This document shows positions 23,968 through 38,059 of a stretch of DNA of 64,000 nt, one piece after another. Each line of letters starts with the position of its first letter. Position 1 is the first letter of the stretch. Both the position numbers and the translations under genes were made by a program. The stretch is taken from assembly GCF_036321535.1 (NCBI RefSeq), contig NC_087436.1:115074001-115138000 (forward strand), given 5' to 3'. Below the pieces are notes generated by a model. It had not been told where the DNA came from and did not search any database. It worked only from the letters and a program-made list of their open reading frames with translations. Origin of the DNA: Camelus dromedarius. Lineage: Eukaryota.

Positions 23968-24105
23968 TCCTCCTTTCTTTCCTCCTTTCTTTCCTCCCTT
24001 CTTTCTTTTTCTTTCCTTCTCCCTCCCTTCCTTCTGTCCTTCCTTTCTCTCTCTCTTCTTTGCTTCCTCTCCCCCCTTCTCTCTCTCTTTTCTTTCCTCT
24101 CTTTT
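23625..24105. repeat. Compound polypyrimidine microsatellite (TTTC)n(TTCC)n(TTTC)n
   Basis: About 480 bp almost purely C/T on +. Confidence 0.98.
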
Positions 24106-24789
24106 ATTAAGCTTATTAACATGGACTTAAACACATCTTCCCCACAAGCAGAACCTTTCAGGTGTTCTTTGCACTAACTGATTAGAAAGTCCCTCCTCCC
24201 CAGAACAAAAATATGTTCAAAGGAAAAGAAGTGCAGGAGGAACAAGCCAGCACATGGCGAATTCTTCTTGCATATCTGTTACTGTCTTGCACACATGCCA
24301 TGTTACCCCACTTAATTCCCACAAAGCATGGGCGGTAACTGAGAAGACTGGAGAAGACAGCCTAAGATCCAAGGTCTGTCTAGCTCTAAGGCCCCTGTTT
24401 TTGCTCCTTCCACTCTGCTGTTTGACCTCTTCATACAACTTTTTTCTGGAAGAGATGTGTATATCATCATGAAATAACTATGGTTTTGATTGAACACCAC
24501 TGCTATTTGCTATTCGGATATAAAATGTAGCAGGTTTTAGTGGGAGGAGCCAAGAGTTGGTTACAGAAGAGATAGATTCAAGTCACACAGTTGCTACTCA
24601 ATATTAAGATTAATTATGGGTTAAGCTGGGCTGACTTGAGTGCAGTGGGAATTCAACATTATCTTGCACTTACTAAACATTAAGAAAATAGGAAGGTGAA
24701 CATTTATCTGTTGACTTGGGGCAGCAGACATAGAGCATTTGGGTAAATGTTCTAACATATTGGGCATTAATGTGTGCCAAGTAGTTGAC

Positions 24790-25380
24790 TAAGGGCTGGT
24801 GCATTCTCATGAAATTCTGTAAGATATAAATGTGATTATTTCCCTTCACCTATTTTGTGTGTGTGTGTGTGTGTTTTACAGTTTAAGAAACTGAGGCTCA
24901 AGGAGATTAAATAATTTGCTCAAGGTGATGCCCCTGGAACATGACAGAGCTAGGTTCTTCACCAGGTTTCCTGACTCTGGGTCCGTTTGCTTAACCCCCA
25001 AACATATTGCCCAGTTCAATTCCCTCCTCCACCCCTGACCCTTTTCCTTAGATGTTTATTTAGGGAGAGAAACTGAAGACTCCAAGGTGAGGGCTGCCCT
25101 GAATTATCTTAGCAACTGTTGAATTCTCTCTTCATTCTTAACACATATAGACATATACTGAGAAGTTTTCTTTTTTTTTTTTTTCTTTTCTGGGTTCAAA
25201 TTCTGGCTCGGACAGCGACTAGAAGAAATGACTTTGTTCATGTTACTGAACCTCCAACACCTAGTTTCCCCACTTGGCAAGAAGAGCTGGTAGGACTCAA
25301 CTAGCTGAGTGGTTCAACCTAAAGTGCAATGTCATGGGAACCTCATAACATAGAACTGGGTAGACAGGGGTCAATAAATA
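24790..25380. mobile_element. Two MIR SINEs in opposite orientation (about 24790-25010 on -, about 25200-25380 on +)
   Basis: ttttacag...gaaactgaggctca and ctgggttcaaattctggctc...agtttcccc cores. Confidence 0.7.
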
Positions 25381-25389
25381 TCAAATATA

Positions 25390-25980
25390 TATATATATAT
25401 ACAACAGCCAAGACATGGAAGCAAACTGAATGTCTGGATGAAGAAGTTGTGGTCTCTTTGTATAATGGAATGCTACTCAGCCATAAAAAGAATAAAATAA
25501 TACCATTTACAGCAACATGGAGGGACCTGGAGATCATCATTCTAAGTGAAGTAAGCCAGGAAGAGAAAGAAAAATACCATGTGATATCACTCATATGTGG
25601 AATCTAAAAAAAAAAAAAAATGAAGAAGAAAAAAGAAGACACTAATGAACTCATCTACAAAATAGAAACAGACTTGAAGACATAGTAAACAATCTTATGA
25701 TTACTGGGGAAAAGTGGGTGGGAGGGGATAAATTTAGGAGTTTGAGATTTGCAAATGTTAACCACTATATATAAAAATAGATAAAAAACAGATTTCCTCT
25801 GTATAGCACAGGGAACTATATTCAATATCTTTTAATAACTTTTAATGAAAAAGAATATGAGAATATATATATATGACTGGGACATTGTGCTGTACACCAG
25901 ACATTGACACATTATGACTGGGACATTGTGCTGTACACCAGACATTGACACATTATAACTTACTATACTTCAATTAAAAT
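25390..25980 (+). mobile_element. Camelid-type LINE-1 3' end with internal 41-bp tandem duplication
   Basis: ORF2 C-terminus IIPFTATWRDLEIIILSEVSQ and 3' UTR. Possible TSD ataaatatcaaa at 25374-25385 / 26024-26035. Confidence 0.92.
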
Positions 25981-26234
25981 ATATGTAAATAAGTATATAT
26001 TTATGTAAATAAGTAAACACCTGATAAATATCAAACCATCCCTGTCCTTCCGTCTGACTTTTAACTTTAAGAGTAAGAATCAAGTACAGATTAGATAAGA
26101 GAGAAAAAAAAGAAACCAATATTATCTCTTCTCATTTACCTCATAACCTCTTCTGCAGTGATTTCTTCTACCCTGTAGCTCAAAATCCCAGGAAGATCCC
26201 AGAAAATTTAGATTTGCACTTAGGTATGACAGTA

Positions 26235-26925
26235 GTCAGCTATTGATAAGACAGTGCTGCACAGCAAACGGTCCCAAGAGTCAGTAGCTTAAAACAACAA
26301 TTACACTGCTAACAGGTCTATAGTTCAGATGGAAGGTGGCTGACCTAGGCAGTGATTGGCTCCAAGAGACAGTCTGTGTCCAAGTCTACTCCATGTGTCT
26401 GTCAGTTTCCTTGGACAAGTGGTCACTCAGGAAACCACTTTGCATGACGATGGTAGACATACATGTGAGAGCAGTGAGCACACGAGATGCCTCTTAACAG
26501 CTAGGCTTGGAGCTGAAATTCTGATACTTCTGTCTACCTCTCAGTGACAAAAAAAGGCTCTAGGACAGAACCCAAAGATGAGACGTTGTGTGGCAGACAG
26601 ACCTAAAAGTGACCCAGCGGTGAGCTTATGTATAAGCCCCTCCCCCTGAGCGTCAGCAGGAACTGTGGTTTGTTTACAACCAACAGAATGTGATGAAGTT
26701 GATGGGATGTCATTTCTATGATTATTTTACATTATATGGAACTTTGTCTTGCTAGTAGACTTGCTTTTGAGGCTTTCTCTTTAGCCGACTTTGAAGAAGG
26801 AAGTAGTCACGTTGGGAGTCCCATGTCACAAGGAGATGAGGGTAACTTTCATCTGACCAGGAACAAGAGCCTGATACCCTCCATCCTACAACTGCAAGGA
26901 GATAAATTCTGACAACAATGCCATG
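26235..26925. mobile_element. Two MaLR (MLT1) LTR fragments, about 26235-26585 (-) and 26587-26925 (+)
   Basis: cagtagcttaaaacaacaa and tgtggcagac...gatgggatgtcatttct...ttgaagaaggaag...aattctgacaacaa. Confidence 0.7.
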
Positions 26926-27499
26926 CAAGGGAAGGACACATCAAAAAGTCATCAAAAATTTGGATGTGCAGACCTTCTCAATGACCCCCTCTCTCTTTGT
27001 TCTGCTGTTAGAGGCATGTCCGCTCAACTTCTCTGTTGCTATTTTATTTTTCTTTAGGCATGATTAAGATACCAGACCCTTTGTTACTCAAGGCATGTGT
27101 TGAGTGTCCAGATAGTTTTCTGAAGGCTCCTATAGTTGATTTAAGTTTTAGGCTGGGCATGTGAGTAGGTGAACACACCCTACTCCTTAGAAAAGGGAAA
27201 GGAAATATGTTACACTCCAAACATAGCACTTTCCTTGAAATCTCCATCACCAAGCTACTTCCTAATAAATTCTTCTCTATCTTGCCTTATATATCCTGGA
27301 GGTAGGTAATGGGCTAATGTTGGGAGGACCAGTTTAGTGGCACCATCTTTGCAAGTTCTGCCTACATGGTTTTCAGTTTCAGGGCCTTAGCTGAAACTCA
27401 GGGTTGGGGCAGATTCATTTTACTATTTTCTGTAACACAGAAACCCTGAGAGGAGCGCAAGATGAGGGTTTTTGTTTCCATTTAATATATTAATCCTAA

Positions 27500-27880
27500 T
27501 TTTATTTATTCACTCATTTATCTATTAACTCACTGCTTGCCCATTATATGTCTAAAATTGTGATAGGCAACAGGATTATCTGGATGAGCGAGTGACAGCC
27601 CCCTCCCTGAAAATCCTCACTGTTGAATGAGGAAAATGGGCATATGAGCAGAAAGAGTGTAACCCAGAGCTACGGTCAAGGCAGGTATGAGATGTCACAA
27701 GCATAAAAGAATGAGGTAAACCTACGGGGGCACAGGGCAGGCAGGAAAACCATCATGGAAGAGTGATGCTAGCTCAGTCTTGGGAGATGAGAGATTTTCA
27801 CTAGGTAGCTGATGATAAAGGGCATTCTTGAAGGAGAGAACAGCACGGACAAAGGCATAGAGAGGTGGAAAATTTATTAT
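27500..27880 (-). mobile_element. LINE-2 3' fragment
   Basis: tttattcactcattt...gggcattcttgaaggagagaacagcacggacaaaggcataga. Confidence 0.65.
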
Positions 27881-28059
27881 TTGAGAACCCAAAATTCTGC
27901 AGTCAGGTCACACCTGTCTGCAACTGATGGCTAACACAATGTCTAGTGTAAAAAGGCAGGTGACCCAGGATGTGAGACAGAGCACACGGATATGTGCTGC
28001 ATTCTCCTTTTACGTAGTAACAGTGGAGTCTGGAGGAGTCCAAAGGGATGTCCCATTTG

Positions 28060-28520
28060 CCTGTGAAGTGGTGGGTCTCTCCATAGTAGTGTAGGTAGAA
28101 GAAGAAAGCTTGACTCTAAGTGATGCCACCGGCCTGTGTCTACTCATGTGCCATGCCCTGGCTTTAGCCCAGAGAGTGCAAAATGAATTAAAAATATTGA
28201 GAGCCACTGGAGAAGCTTTTTAAAGAGGGGGAACTTGGCTGAGAAGTAAACCTTGTCCTCTACACATTTCCTCGTCCCTGCTGCCTGGCATGCAGATGTT
28301 ACAGGTGGGGCTGCAGTGGTCATGTTGTGACCATGAGGCAACACTGAGGGTGGAACAGAATGATAGAAGTTGCTTAGGTTTCTGGTGATGTCTCTGGTGT
28401 GCCAAGATTCCAGCCTGGTCTGACTGTTCCTGGATGTATTTTACCCAAGACAAAAGCTAAACTCTTATTTAAGACGCTACAAGTTCCTGCAAGCGAACTG
28501 AATCCTCAGGGATGTAAGAG
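28060..28520 (+). mobile_element. Old MaLR-class LTR
   Basis: ctgcctggcatgcagatg...gctgcag...catgttgtgaccatgagg...cttatttaag. Confidence 0.6.
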
Positions 28521-29149
28521 ATACAGCTCTGCTTTTAGTACTTGGTCCATTCTTGTCACTGTATTTAAAAAATCAGTGGAAATAAAACAATTTTAAAAAG
28601 CTAACATTTATTACATTGCCTGAAGATATGCCAAGCTTGGGGGTGTTTTATGTTTATTCGTTCATTTAAGCTTCACTCTAGGCTTATGAGATAAGCACTA
28701 TCACTATCTGGGTTTACAGATTAGGGGGTAGAGAAGGATTTGGCTGGTTTCCCCAGAGTCACGCAGCAAGGAGTCTGGAAAGCCTGATTTTGAACTCGGG
28801 TGTTGAGTAGTTTGGCTTACAGCACATGTGGCCTCCGAGGCCTCCCCTGTGAGCACAAACCCCTGGAGAGTGCGACCACCCTCACACACAGTACGCCCTC
28901 CTGGCTGCAGTGCTGTGGAGTGAGAACTGGGAGTGAGTATAAGTGGGTGCTGTGATGCGTCTGACACTTTGCCCCTTCCCTGCTCTCACAAAGCACTTGT
29001 CCTTCTTGCCACAAGCAGACGTCTTCCCATCCTTCCTCTGTCTCTCTCCCTCCCTTCCTTCCTTTTCCCTTCTTTCCTTTTTTCTTTTCTTTCCTTGCTC
29101 CCTTCCTCTTCTTCCTCCCTCCCTTAATTCTATGCATATTGAGCCTGTA

Positions 29150-29786
29150 CAGTTGGTTCTCAATATTCTCCATAGTTATGTTCTATGAAGTCACCACAAA
29201 TACCGAATCAGCAAATATCGAGCCATTGCTCCCAGAGGAAATACAGAATCAGGTTCCTGCAATCCTCCGGTCACAACATTTTCACCAATCAATACAGAAT
29301 CTTGTTTTATGTGCCATTCCATTTAAGATCAGATATGTGTTATCTGATACATACTGTTGATTTATTGACACTGAACTCGCCTCCAACAGCACGATGGCTC
29401 GTGCCTGAATGAGGCTTCTCTAACACACGTGTTTTGCCTGTAAAGCCCTTCTTGCACTGAGGAGCACTAGGCAGCGCTCCAGCTCTGCGCTAGAGGACCA
29501 CTTAAACACCGACATCACCAACAAGACACACAACATTGTGCAATACGGGGCCCTAGACAGACAGGGAGAAGGATACTTGCTTGCAGTACTAGAGCTGAAA
29601 CAAGAAGGGAGGGTTGCCTTGTCTGACCTCGGCTGGAAACTTGTGTGTCAGCAGCTCAAATTTTTTTGCCACTTTGTGCATGTTTGTAACTGACCAAAGT
29701 GCCATGGACATTGGTTTTGGGGTTACAAATAAATTTTATTGAGTAGGTAAATTTTCAAAAGCAGAATCTATAATGAGAATCAAGCG
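29150..29786 (-). mobile_element. TcMar-Tigger non-autonomous DNA transposon (MER82-like)
   Basis: TA at 29148-29149, TIRs cagttggttctcaat / aatgagaatcaagcg, internal ttttggggttacaaataaatttta. Confidence 0.85.
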
Positions 29787-31317
29787 TTCTGTGTTCCGGG
29801 TACTGTGTGAAACACTGGGAGCCCAATAGTAAGCAAATAACAGAAACTGTGTCTTCTCATCAACTTAATATCTAGATGAGAAAAGCGGTCATTAATGAAC
29901 AGTCACATAAAAATAAAGAAAACTCATAAGGACCACATTATGTTGCATTCTTTAATTGACTGATCAGTTAATTTATTCATCTAATCGTTCATTTATTTAG
30001 GAGGACACCATTGCGTGCTTACTATATAGCAAGCACTACTTAGGCAGTCAACCTATGTTGTTACTGCCCATTTGCTTGTTGGCCTCCTTCCCCCCTAAAT
30101 ACGTTAGCTTGCTGAAGACAGGGAGAGCATAGCACACAGTTTTATATTCGAGCATAGAAAGTTATTGAATGGATTTGCGATCAGGAGTCTACGATTCAGG
30201 GTTCTGCGATTTCCTTGGTAAAATAAGGAAGTTTGGCTAGACAGTCTCTCTAGGCCCATTGAAGGCTGAGACCACATGAGGCACTCAATAAATATTTGCT
30301 AAATTGGTTTATGGGAAATTCTTTCCCAGTGGTTTCAGATAAGAAATATAGTGGCAAAGCCCTTTGATACCTCAAGTGGAAAAGACATGTTTGAGCAGCA
30401 ATAGAGTCAAATATCTGGCTCTGAAGAGCAGACCTCTAGCTTTTCCCGACATGGGGCTCCATGTCTCCACGTGGATAATAAAGATGCTATGTGAGCAGAG
30501 CAGGCAGTTCTCATGGTGAGCACGAAAGCCCAGGAGCCACATTCTCGCACATTATGGGCAGTTTATGGAGCACATCAGTTCATGACATGAGACAAATTGG
30601 CACCGGAACTTCCAATGGCTGGGGTCCAAGTGGACCACCAGGAAAGAGAAATGAAGGGAATGGCAGCAGGAGAAGGCCTAGTCTCTTCTCCTTGGAGCTT
30701 GAGTTTCTAATTCCTCAAAGTGCCCCTTTAGCAAAGGGCTTACACATGAATCATTTTATAGTTTATGACCCTTGAAATAGGACATGTAGGCATTCAGTTG
30801 TCCGTTCAGGCATTTATTCATTCATGCACCTAACAAGCAGGGATTTGAGCCCTGACAAAATGCCAGGCAACGTGGCAGGCACGGGGCTTAAAGGGTGAAG
30901 AAAACTCTACGTGGTCTTTGCACAGATTGAGTTTAAAGCCTAGGGGGAAAGACACACAGTGGGAGACAGCACGGTGCTATGGGAGCCCAACCCCTGGGAG
31001 CTGATCTCCCCCTATGCTGTGGACAGATGTGGAGTCCAGGCCCTCAAAACCTTAAAAACAGTGGCATTAGGAAGCATACATCTTGCATTCACCATACATT
31101 AAGGAGCGACTGGGAGATTTTAAGCTGTGGAGGGCCATGAGCAGGCTTGTACCCTAAGATGAGTCTTGCTACTTATTGGGTGAAAATAGGTTGTGGCCAG
31201 ATCAGAGTGTAAGTGTAAATCATCATAATCCGGGTAAGGGGTGTCTCTGGCTGGTGCTCACAGGTGGTGGAGAATCTGGGCAGATGTGCCTAGGTTTACA
31301 GCAAGAGGTAAAATCAG

Positions 31318-31500
31318 TATTAACAGATAGACACTACTATATATAAAATAGATAAAAAATGAAGACTTACTACATAGCACAGGGAACTAGATTCAATATC
31401 CTGTAATAACCTATAGTGGGAAAAAAATCTGAAAAATAATCTGAATCACTTTGGTGTATAACCTGAAATATTGTAACTCAACTATACTTTGAATAAAAAA
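31318..31500 (+). mobile_element. Cetartiodactyl L1 3' end
   Basis: actactatatataaaatagataa...atagcacagggaacta...actatacttt + A tail. Confidence 0.88.
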
Positions 31501-34034
31501 GAGGTAAAATAGGCAAAAGTCGACAAATGACAAGCTCAGGGAGCAAGACAAGAAAAAACAAAGACAAGCACACCTCCCCAGTATCTGTGTTGAGGGACTG
31601 GATGGACAGGATGACTTTTTAGGTGGGATGAGCACTTACTGTGCTATGGTGCCCTGTAGGACAAAGTCTCCTAGAAGGGGATCCTGTAGTTCAGTTTTGA
31701 ATTGATTTTAAGGAACTGTGAGAAATCAATACAGAAATGCCACTGAAGACAGTTGGTGAAAGGATTCTGGAGGTCTGGGCTGGAGATTCGGGTTAATAAT
31801 GAAGCCTTTGGAAAGCTTATTATCTTTCAGGGAAGGTGGGTGAAGAGCAAAGGAAATGAGACTAACACAGAGGACTCCCAATTTTTAAGGGTCAGGTAAG
31901 GAAGAAGAAATGTGAAGACGCTATGGAGAAATATCTGGGGAGAGTGATGGAGAACCAGGGTCATTTCTTCTGCCTTGGATGGATATCTGAAATATCTACA
32001 TGAGTCTATGTTTATTGGGAAGATGTCATTCATGTAAGAGTTTTACCCACCGTATTACCCTAAGTTTTTGAATTAGAAATTCTCAGACTTGGTAACTAGA
32101 AAAGCTGTATTTCTAAGCAACTGACTTATTTCTATATTACAGAGAACATGCCTATTGTAGCACAAAGGTATTGCCCTATTTCTGTGGATGTCAGGAAGCT
32201 CTGAGAGACAATTTCAGTCAGTGTTTAGTTTTTATGAAGAACTTTAAGAACTTTGAGTATGTATTTCCGTTCATAGCTCTCTGTTGCTTCATTTTCCCGT
32301 TCAACTCATTTTCTTTCTCGCTTTCATTTATTTTAAACTATTTTTCTCCTATAAAATACTTTGTATCTTTGTAACCCGTCTAATGCCACTCTGAAATGAG
32401 GTGGGATATATACTTGTTACATTGAAATAGTCTCACTTAATAACAATGTTTTTGACTGTCATTGGATTTTATTATTATATTCAACTGAGAGAAAAAAAAG
32501 TAAATAAAATAAACTCATAAAACCTGATTTCACTGTAAATATTTCTTTTGAAAATATTCAAGTTGTCCTGCAGAAACCTTTATTATACTGTCACCATTGG
32601 AATCAGATAACTAATAACTCATCCTGGGGAGAAACTTTCAATCCAATTTTCCTATAGGTGCATATTTATATCAGCACTTATTATTGGCTGCTAAAGTGTC
32701 GTTTGGGCCATAAAAAGGACTCCTAGTAATTAATTTGCTATATGTGACTCATGGAATATTGTGACTGAAATTTCAAAAGGAGAAAAATATATTAGCAGAG
32801 GGCTGCATTGAAGGACACTATTCTTTTGGTCCAAAACACCTGGGGTAGGAGAGCCAAGGGTTTTGAAAATGATGCCACAGGATCCTTGGTGTAGAGATCT
32901 CTGGCTAATGCCTACCATATTTAAACAGGAATCCCTATTTCTTTTTGTCTCATGGTAAAGTGGCAGGAGGGATGGAAGTGGTAGGGGTGGGTAGGGAGTG
33001 CAGGAGTGGCTCAAAACCTTTCCTCACTGCAGGTGTTCTTCCTGTAAAGCACTTTTACGCCAGCCAAAGTTTCTCTATACACTGGGCAACTCTGCCCCAG
33101 TTTCAATGATGGCAATGGTTAATAGTCCTGAGAGCTGTAGTGAATGGGTGATAGATAAGAAAGATTTCCTGACTCATCCTATGTGAAATTATACACTAAT
33201 CTGTGAGAAACTTATCAACACAAAGAGGTAAGCCATGTATATGGTGGCTCTGGACCAGAGTATGCTGCATTGCGCCATTAGCGAGATCATCCCAACAAAC
33301 TTCTATTCAAACTTCAACACCCAGATATATTGCCCTTCTTCTGTGAAGACTTTCCCTACTTTCCCCAAACCCACAGTACTTACTCATCCTAGAAGCTAAT
33401 ACAAAATGGGAGTGAGGGGCTAACAAGAGGTATATTTGTCCATGGGCTTAAGTTTAGACTTTTTACATAATCTCCAAGTGAATTTCTTTATATTGTCACA
33501 GGAATACACTGACAAGCCTGAAGAGAAACGTTAATCAAATGTTCTAATTTTCTCTATATTCAAGTCTAAGCTGCTTATCATTAGCTTTACATTTTATATT
33601 CTTTATAAATCCTGAATAAATCCTGATTTACTTTGTGAATTGTACAATTATATCATATTATATGTTTTGTAATTTTGATTTAGCATATTTTTAATTTGTA
33701 GTGTGCTGAGAAACCCAAACACACACAGAGATATGACCTTAGACCCCTCCCTGGACTTTTTAGAGATTTTGATTAATTTTCTATTATAGGCTTTATTATC
33801 ATGTTACAATGATGCCTGTTATTTGCTTCCTCCATAACATATGATTGTCTATATGGCAGGGTCTATGCCTTATATTCACTTGACAATGATCCATACACTA
33901 TGATGTGCATAAAAACAAACTCAGGAAATTGTTAAAAATACACATTTCTGAATCTTAATCTCAGAAACTTGAATTCACTAGGATTTAACACACACAAGCA
34001 CATACAATGGGATATATATGTATATGTATGGATA

Positions 34035-34425
34035 TGGAATGTATATATATATACATGTACAATGGAATATTGCTCAGTCATTAAAAAATAATGAAACATT
34101 GCCATTTGCAGCAACATGGATGGATCTAGAGACTATCATACTAAGTAAAGTAAGTCAGATAGAGAAAGACAAATATTATATATATCACTTATATGTGGAA
34201 TCTAAAAAATAATACAAATGAATCTATGTACAAAACAGAACTGGACTCATAGACATAGGAAACAAACTTATGGTTACCAAAGAGGAAAGGGAAGGGGGAG
34301 GGATAAATTGGGAGTTTGGGATTAGCAGATACACACTACTATACATAAAATAGATAAACAAGGATTTACTGAATAGCTCAGGGAATTATATTCAATGATT
34401 TGTAAAAACCTATAATGGAAAGAAA
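34035..34425 (+). mobile_element. Cetartiodactyl L1 3' region
   Basis: ORF2 end LPFAATWMDLETIILS and 3' UTR. Confidence 0.88.
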
Positions 34426-35139
34426 TCACTGTCAACTTCGTTAGACCTATCTAATGGTTAAGATAAAACTTGAAATGATGTAATAACAATGGCAGATACA
34501 CACCTGCATTCATACAAATACACATAAAATAGACTAGCTTATAAGTATGGCATGGAGTGGGGATCAATTTCAATCATTCTCTGAAAGTCAGAAGATAGAC
34601 TTGTAGAAATGTATTAAATTCAACGGAGCACACTGCATGCCAAGAATGGTACAGTCATTATGAATTATCAGTTATATAAAGTTATATAAGATCCTCTGCC
34701 TTCACAGAGAGCATTGTCTTGTACAGAAAATAAGTAAACCTGTGGATCAGACTCCTTCCTTGAGGACCACAGAGGCTGAAAGATGGGGAATCTAAGTCAG
34801 ATTTGGGTGTGTGAGAGGATCTTCCAGGAGAGGTGGCACTTGAATTGGTAGAACAAAGGGAAAGAGAAGTGCATTTCATAGAAGTGACAGGCTGTGAGAA
34901 AATGTAAACGCATGTGATGGAGGACACATTGGTAAAGCCAAGAATAGTTTAGTATTGCTTGGATGGGAGGCAGCAAAGATGGAAAGTGAGGCTCAGGGAT
35001 TAAGTAGCGACTCCCTGGTTACACAGCCACGTGAGCACTGACTTTATATTTCCTCTCCTCTGTTTCTGCATTTATTAGTTCATGGGGATAGGATGTAATG
35101 GTATCCAAGATCTTCCTCAGCCTTTAAAAGGTCTGATTT

Positions 35140-37545
35140 TATATTCACTCATTCAACAAATAGATACTAAAAACTTAGCATGTGTTAAGCACTGTTCTAA
35201 GCACTTGGGATCTATCAGTAATTAAAAGAAAATGTAAAAAGTCCCTTCCCTCGTTGAGCTGACATGCTGGTGGGGGCTTTACATATGAAATACATAAATC
35301 ATGTAATATGTTAAAAGGTAGTATGTGCAAAATATAAAAGAAAAAAATAAAGAAGGGAGGGTAGTGTGGATTTTAATTTCAAAAGGGTGATCATGAAGAA
35401 GAAATTGAACTGACACAACAAGATTTCAAGACGCATAAAGCTATCACAATCAGGTAAATGTGGCATTAACACAAGACAGAAAATATGTAATGGAATGGAA
35501 CCCAGAACCAGACCCACACATAAATGGACAACTGACTCTTGACGTAGATGCAAAAGAACTTTATGCAGAAAATATTTCCTTTTCAGCAAATTGTGCTAAA
35601 ACAGTTATCCATGTACATAAAAAGTAAAATTGAATCAATAATAGTACCATATTAAGAAAAAAAACTCAAAATAGGTCGTATACTTAAGTCTAAAACTTAA
35701 AACTATAAAAATTCTAGAACAAAACAGGAGAAAACTGTTGTGACTTCAAAGTTAATAGACTTCTTAGATATGATACTGAAAGCACAACCCATAAGAAAAC
35801 TAATTTATAAATTGGATTTTATCAAAATTGGAAAAAAAACCCTTCTGTTTCAAAAGACAATTTAAAGGGAATGAAAAGCCATGGACTAGGAGAAATTTTT
35901 ACGAGTCATATATCTAGTAAATATATGTGTGTGTATATATATATCCAGAATATATAAAGAAATATCAAAACTCAATAATAAGAAATAACCCAATTAAATG
36001 ATACAATTAAAAACCCAATTAATCTAATTAAAAAAAACTCTGAACAAAAATTTTACAGAAGATATGCAGATGGCAAATAAGCACATGAAAAAATACTCAA
36101 TGTCATTAGTCATTAGAGAAACATAAATTAAACCCACAATGAATGAATAGTGTATATCTATTAGAATGGCTAAAATTTAAAAGATTAAATAAACATACCA
36201 AATGTTGGCAAGGAAGTAGTGAAACTGGAACTCATACAGTACTGGTATTACTGGGATGTGAAATGGTATACCCACTCTGGAGGACAATTTAACAGTTCCT
36301 TACAAAGTTAAGCATCCATATACCATACGACTCAGCCGTTCTACTCTTAGATATCTGCCCCAAACAAAAGAAAGCATATGTGTACATACAAGACTTGAAC
36401 ACAAATGTTTATTGCAGCTTTTTTTCCTTTTTGATAATAGCCAAAATCTGGTAAGAACTCAAATGTTCATTAATAGGTCAACAGCTTATCAATACAATGG
36501 GAAATTACACAGCAAAATTACACACAATAACATGGATGGATCTTGAAATAATCAAACTTAGTGAAAACAGTCAGCCAGAAAGAGTACATAGTGTATGATT
36601 CATTTACATAAAATTCCAGAAAATGCAAACGAATCTATTGTTAAAAAAGGAGAGCAATACTTCCCTGGGGATGGAAAGAAAGATCAGGGGTGAGTAAGAG
36701 TGGAAGGGAGAGGTTAGAAGGAGACTTGAGGAAACTTTGCGGGGAGCTGAATATGTTTACTGTCTTGTTTGTGGTGATGACTGATTCCCCAGGTCTGTTC
36801 TTATGTCAAACTGATGTAATTGTGTAGTTCAAATATGTGTGTGTTTTTTTAAATAAATTAATAACACCTCAATGAAGCTATCAAAAAGAAAAAAAACTGG
36901 TCAGAGTACATTTCATTGAGAAGATGACGTCTGAGTAAAATCCTGGTGCGATGAGGATGTTATGTGGATATTTGGGGGAAGAATGTTTCAGGCAGAGAAA
37001 AGAGTCAGTGCAAAACACAAGTCAGGAATACGCCTGGCAAGCTGAAAGGCTAGTTAGGAATCAGTATGGCTGAGCAGAGTGAAAAAGAATTAAAAACAAG
37101 GCGTGTGATCAGAAAAGTCATGAGACTCAGATTTTGGAGACCTTGGGGTGTCGTTATAACGATGTCAGCTCTTACTCCGAATGACATGGGGTCCACTGCA
37201 CATTTTCAGTAGATATGCTCGTTTGTTTCTTTGTTAAGAGGGCAGCTTACGTTGTAAAAGGACAGCTCTAGCTGCTGTGCTGAATGTGAGGGGCAAGAGT
37301 TGAACTTGGTTGCCAGAGAGGAGACTATTTTAATAATCTAGGGGGGAGATGATAGTGGCTAGAACCCGAGGGCAGTCATGAACGTGGGAGGCGGTGGCTA
37401 GGTTATGCATATCTTTTGAAGATGGAGCTTATAGATTTTCTGATGGATTTGGCTGATGAATGAGAGAGAAAGGTAGTGGTTAAGAATGAGTCCATATTTT
37501 TTTCACCTGTACAACTGAGTGTTCGGTGTGGCCATCAGCTATGAT
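35140..37545. mobile_element. L2 (-) split by an old L1 ORF2/3' end (+, about 35395-36890)
   Basis: L2 end cattcaacaaa...cactgttctaagcac. L1 motifs gatggcaaataagcacatgaaaa, acctcaatgaagct + A tail. L2 resumes about 36895. Confidence 0.8.
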
Positions 37546-38059
37546 GAAGGCAGCTGTAGGCTGAGCAGGTTTGGGGATGCAGTAGATGAGGTACAGGAGT
37601 AAACCCAATCATCCAAGCCTCTGCCTTCATGGGGCTTACATTCTTGAGAGAGAAATCAGGTAATAAACATAAATAGCTGCTTGTTTGTAGACCCCAGGTT
37701 GATGCAAGGAAGAGTGGCTGAGAAAGTAGCAATTCATCTTTGGCATCACCTAATTTATAAAGCAATCTTTTGGAAGACTCGGAGAAGATGAGGAACTGAG
37801 TGCATTTTCATCTTCTCTGCTCCCAACCTGATCTATGTAACTGTCCTGAGTCAAGAAGTCTGGGAGCAACTGGGAATAAGACAACCTGGTGAGGAGAGAA
37901 GAAGCAAAGTGTTTTAAACATAGATTGGATAAAGCTGGAGGAGGACCAGTGGAAAGCCGTGCAGCAAGGACTGAAATGCTGAAAATCCTGGGGAGAGCCT
38001 GGACCGTAGCCATCTAAGGGATGCTGTGGGGGAAATAAACATCTCCCTCCTGTTAGTGT

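Noticed and set aside
23616..24134. 169-172 aa ORFs (K/E/R-rich and F/L/S-rich)
   Set aside because: Translations of the TTTC/TTCC microsatellite, which lacks stop codons.
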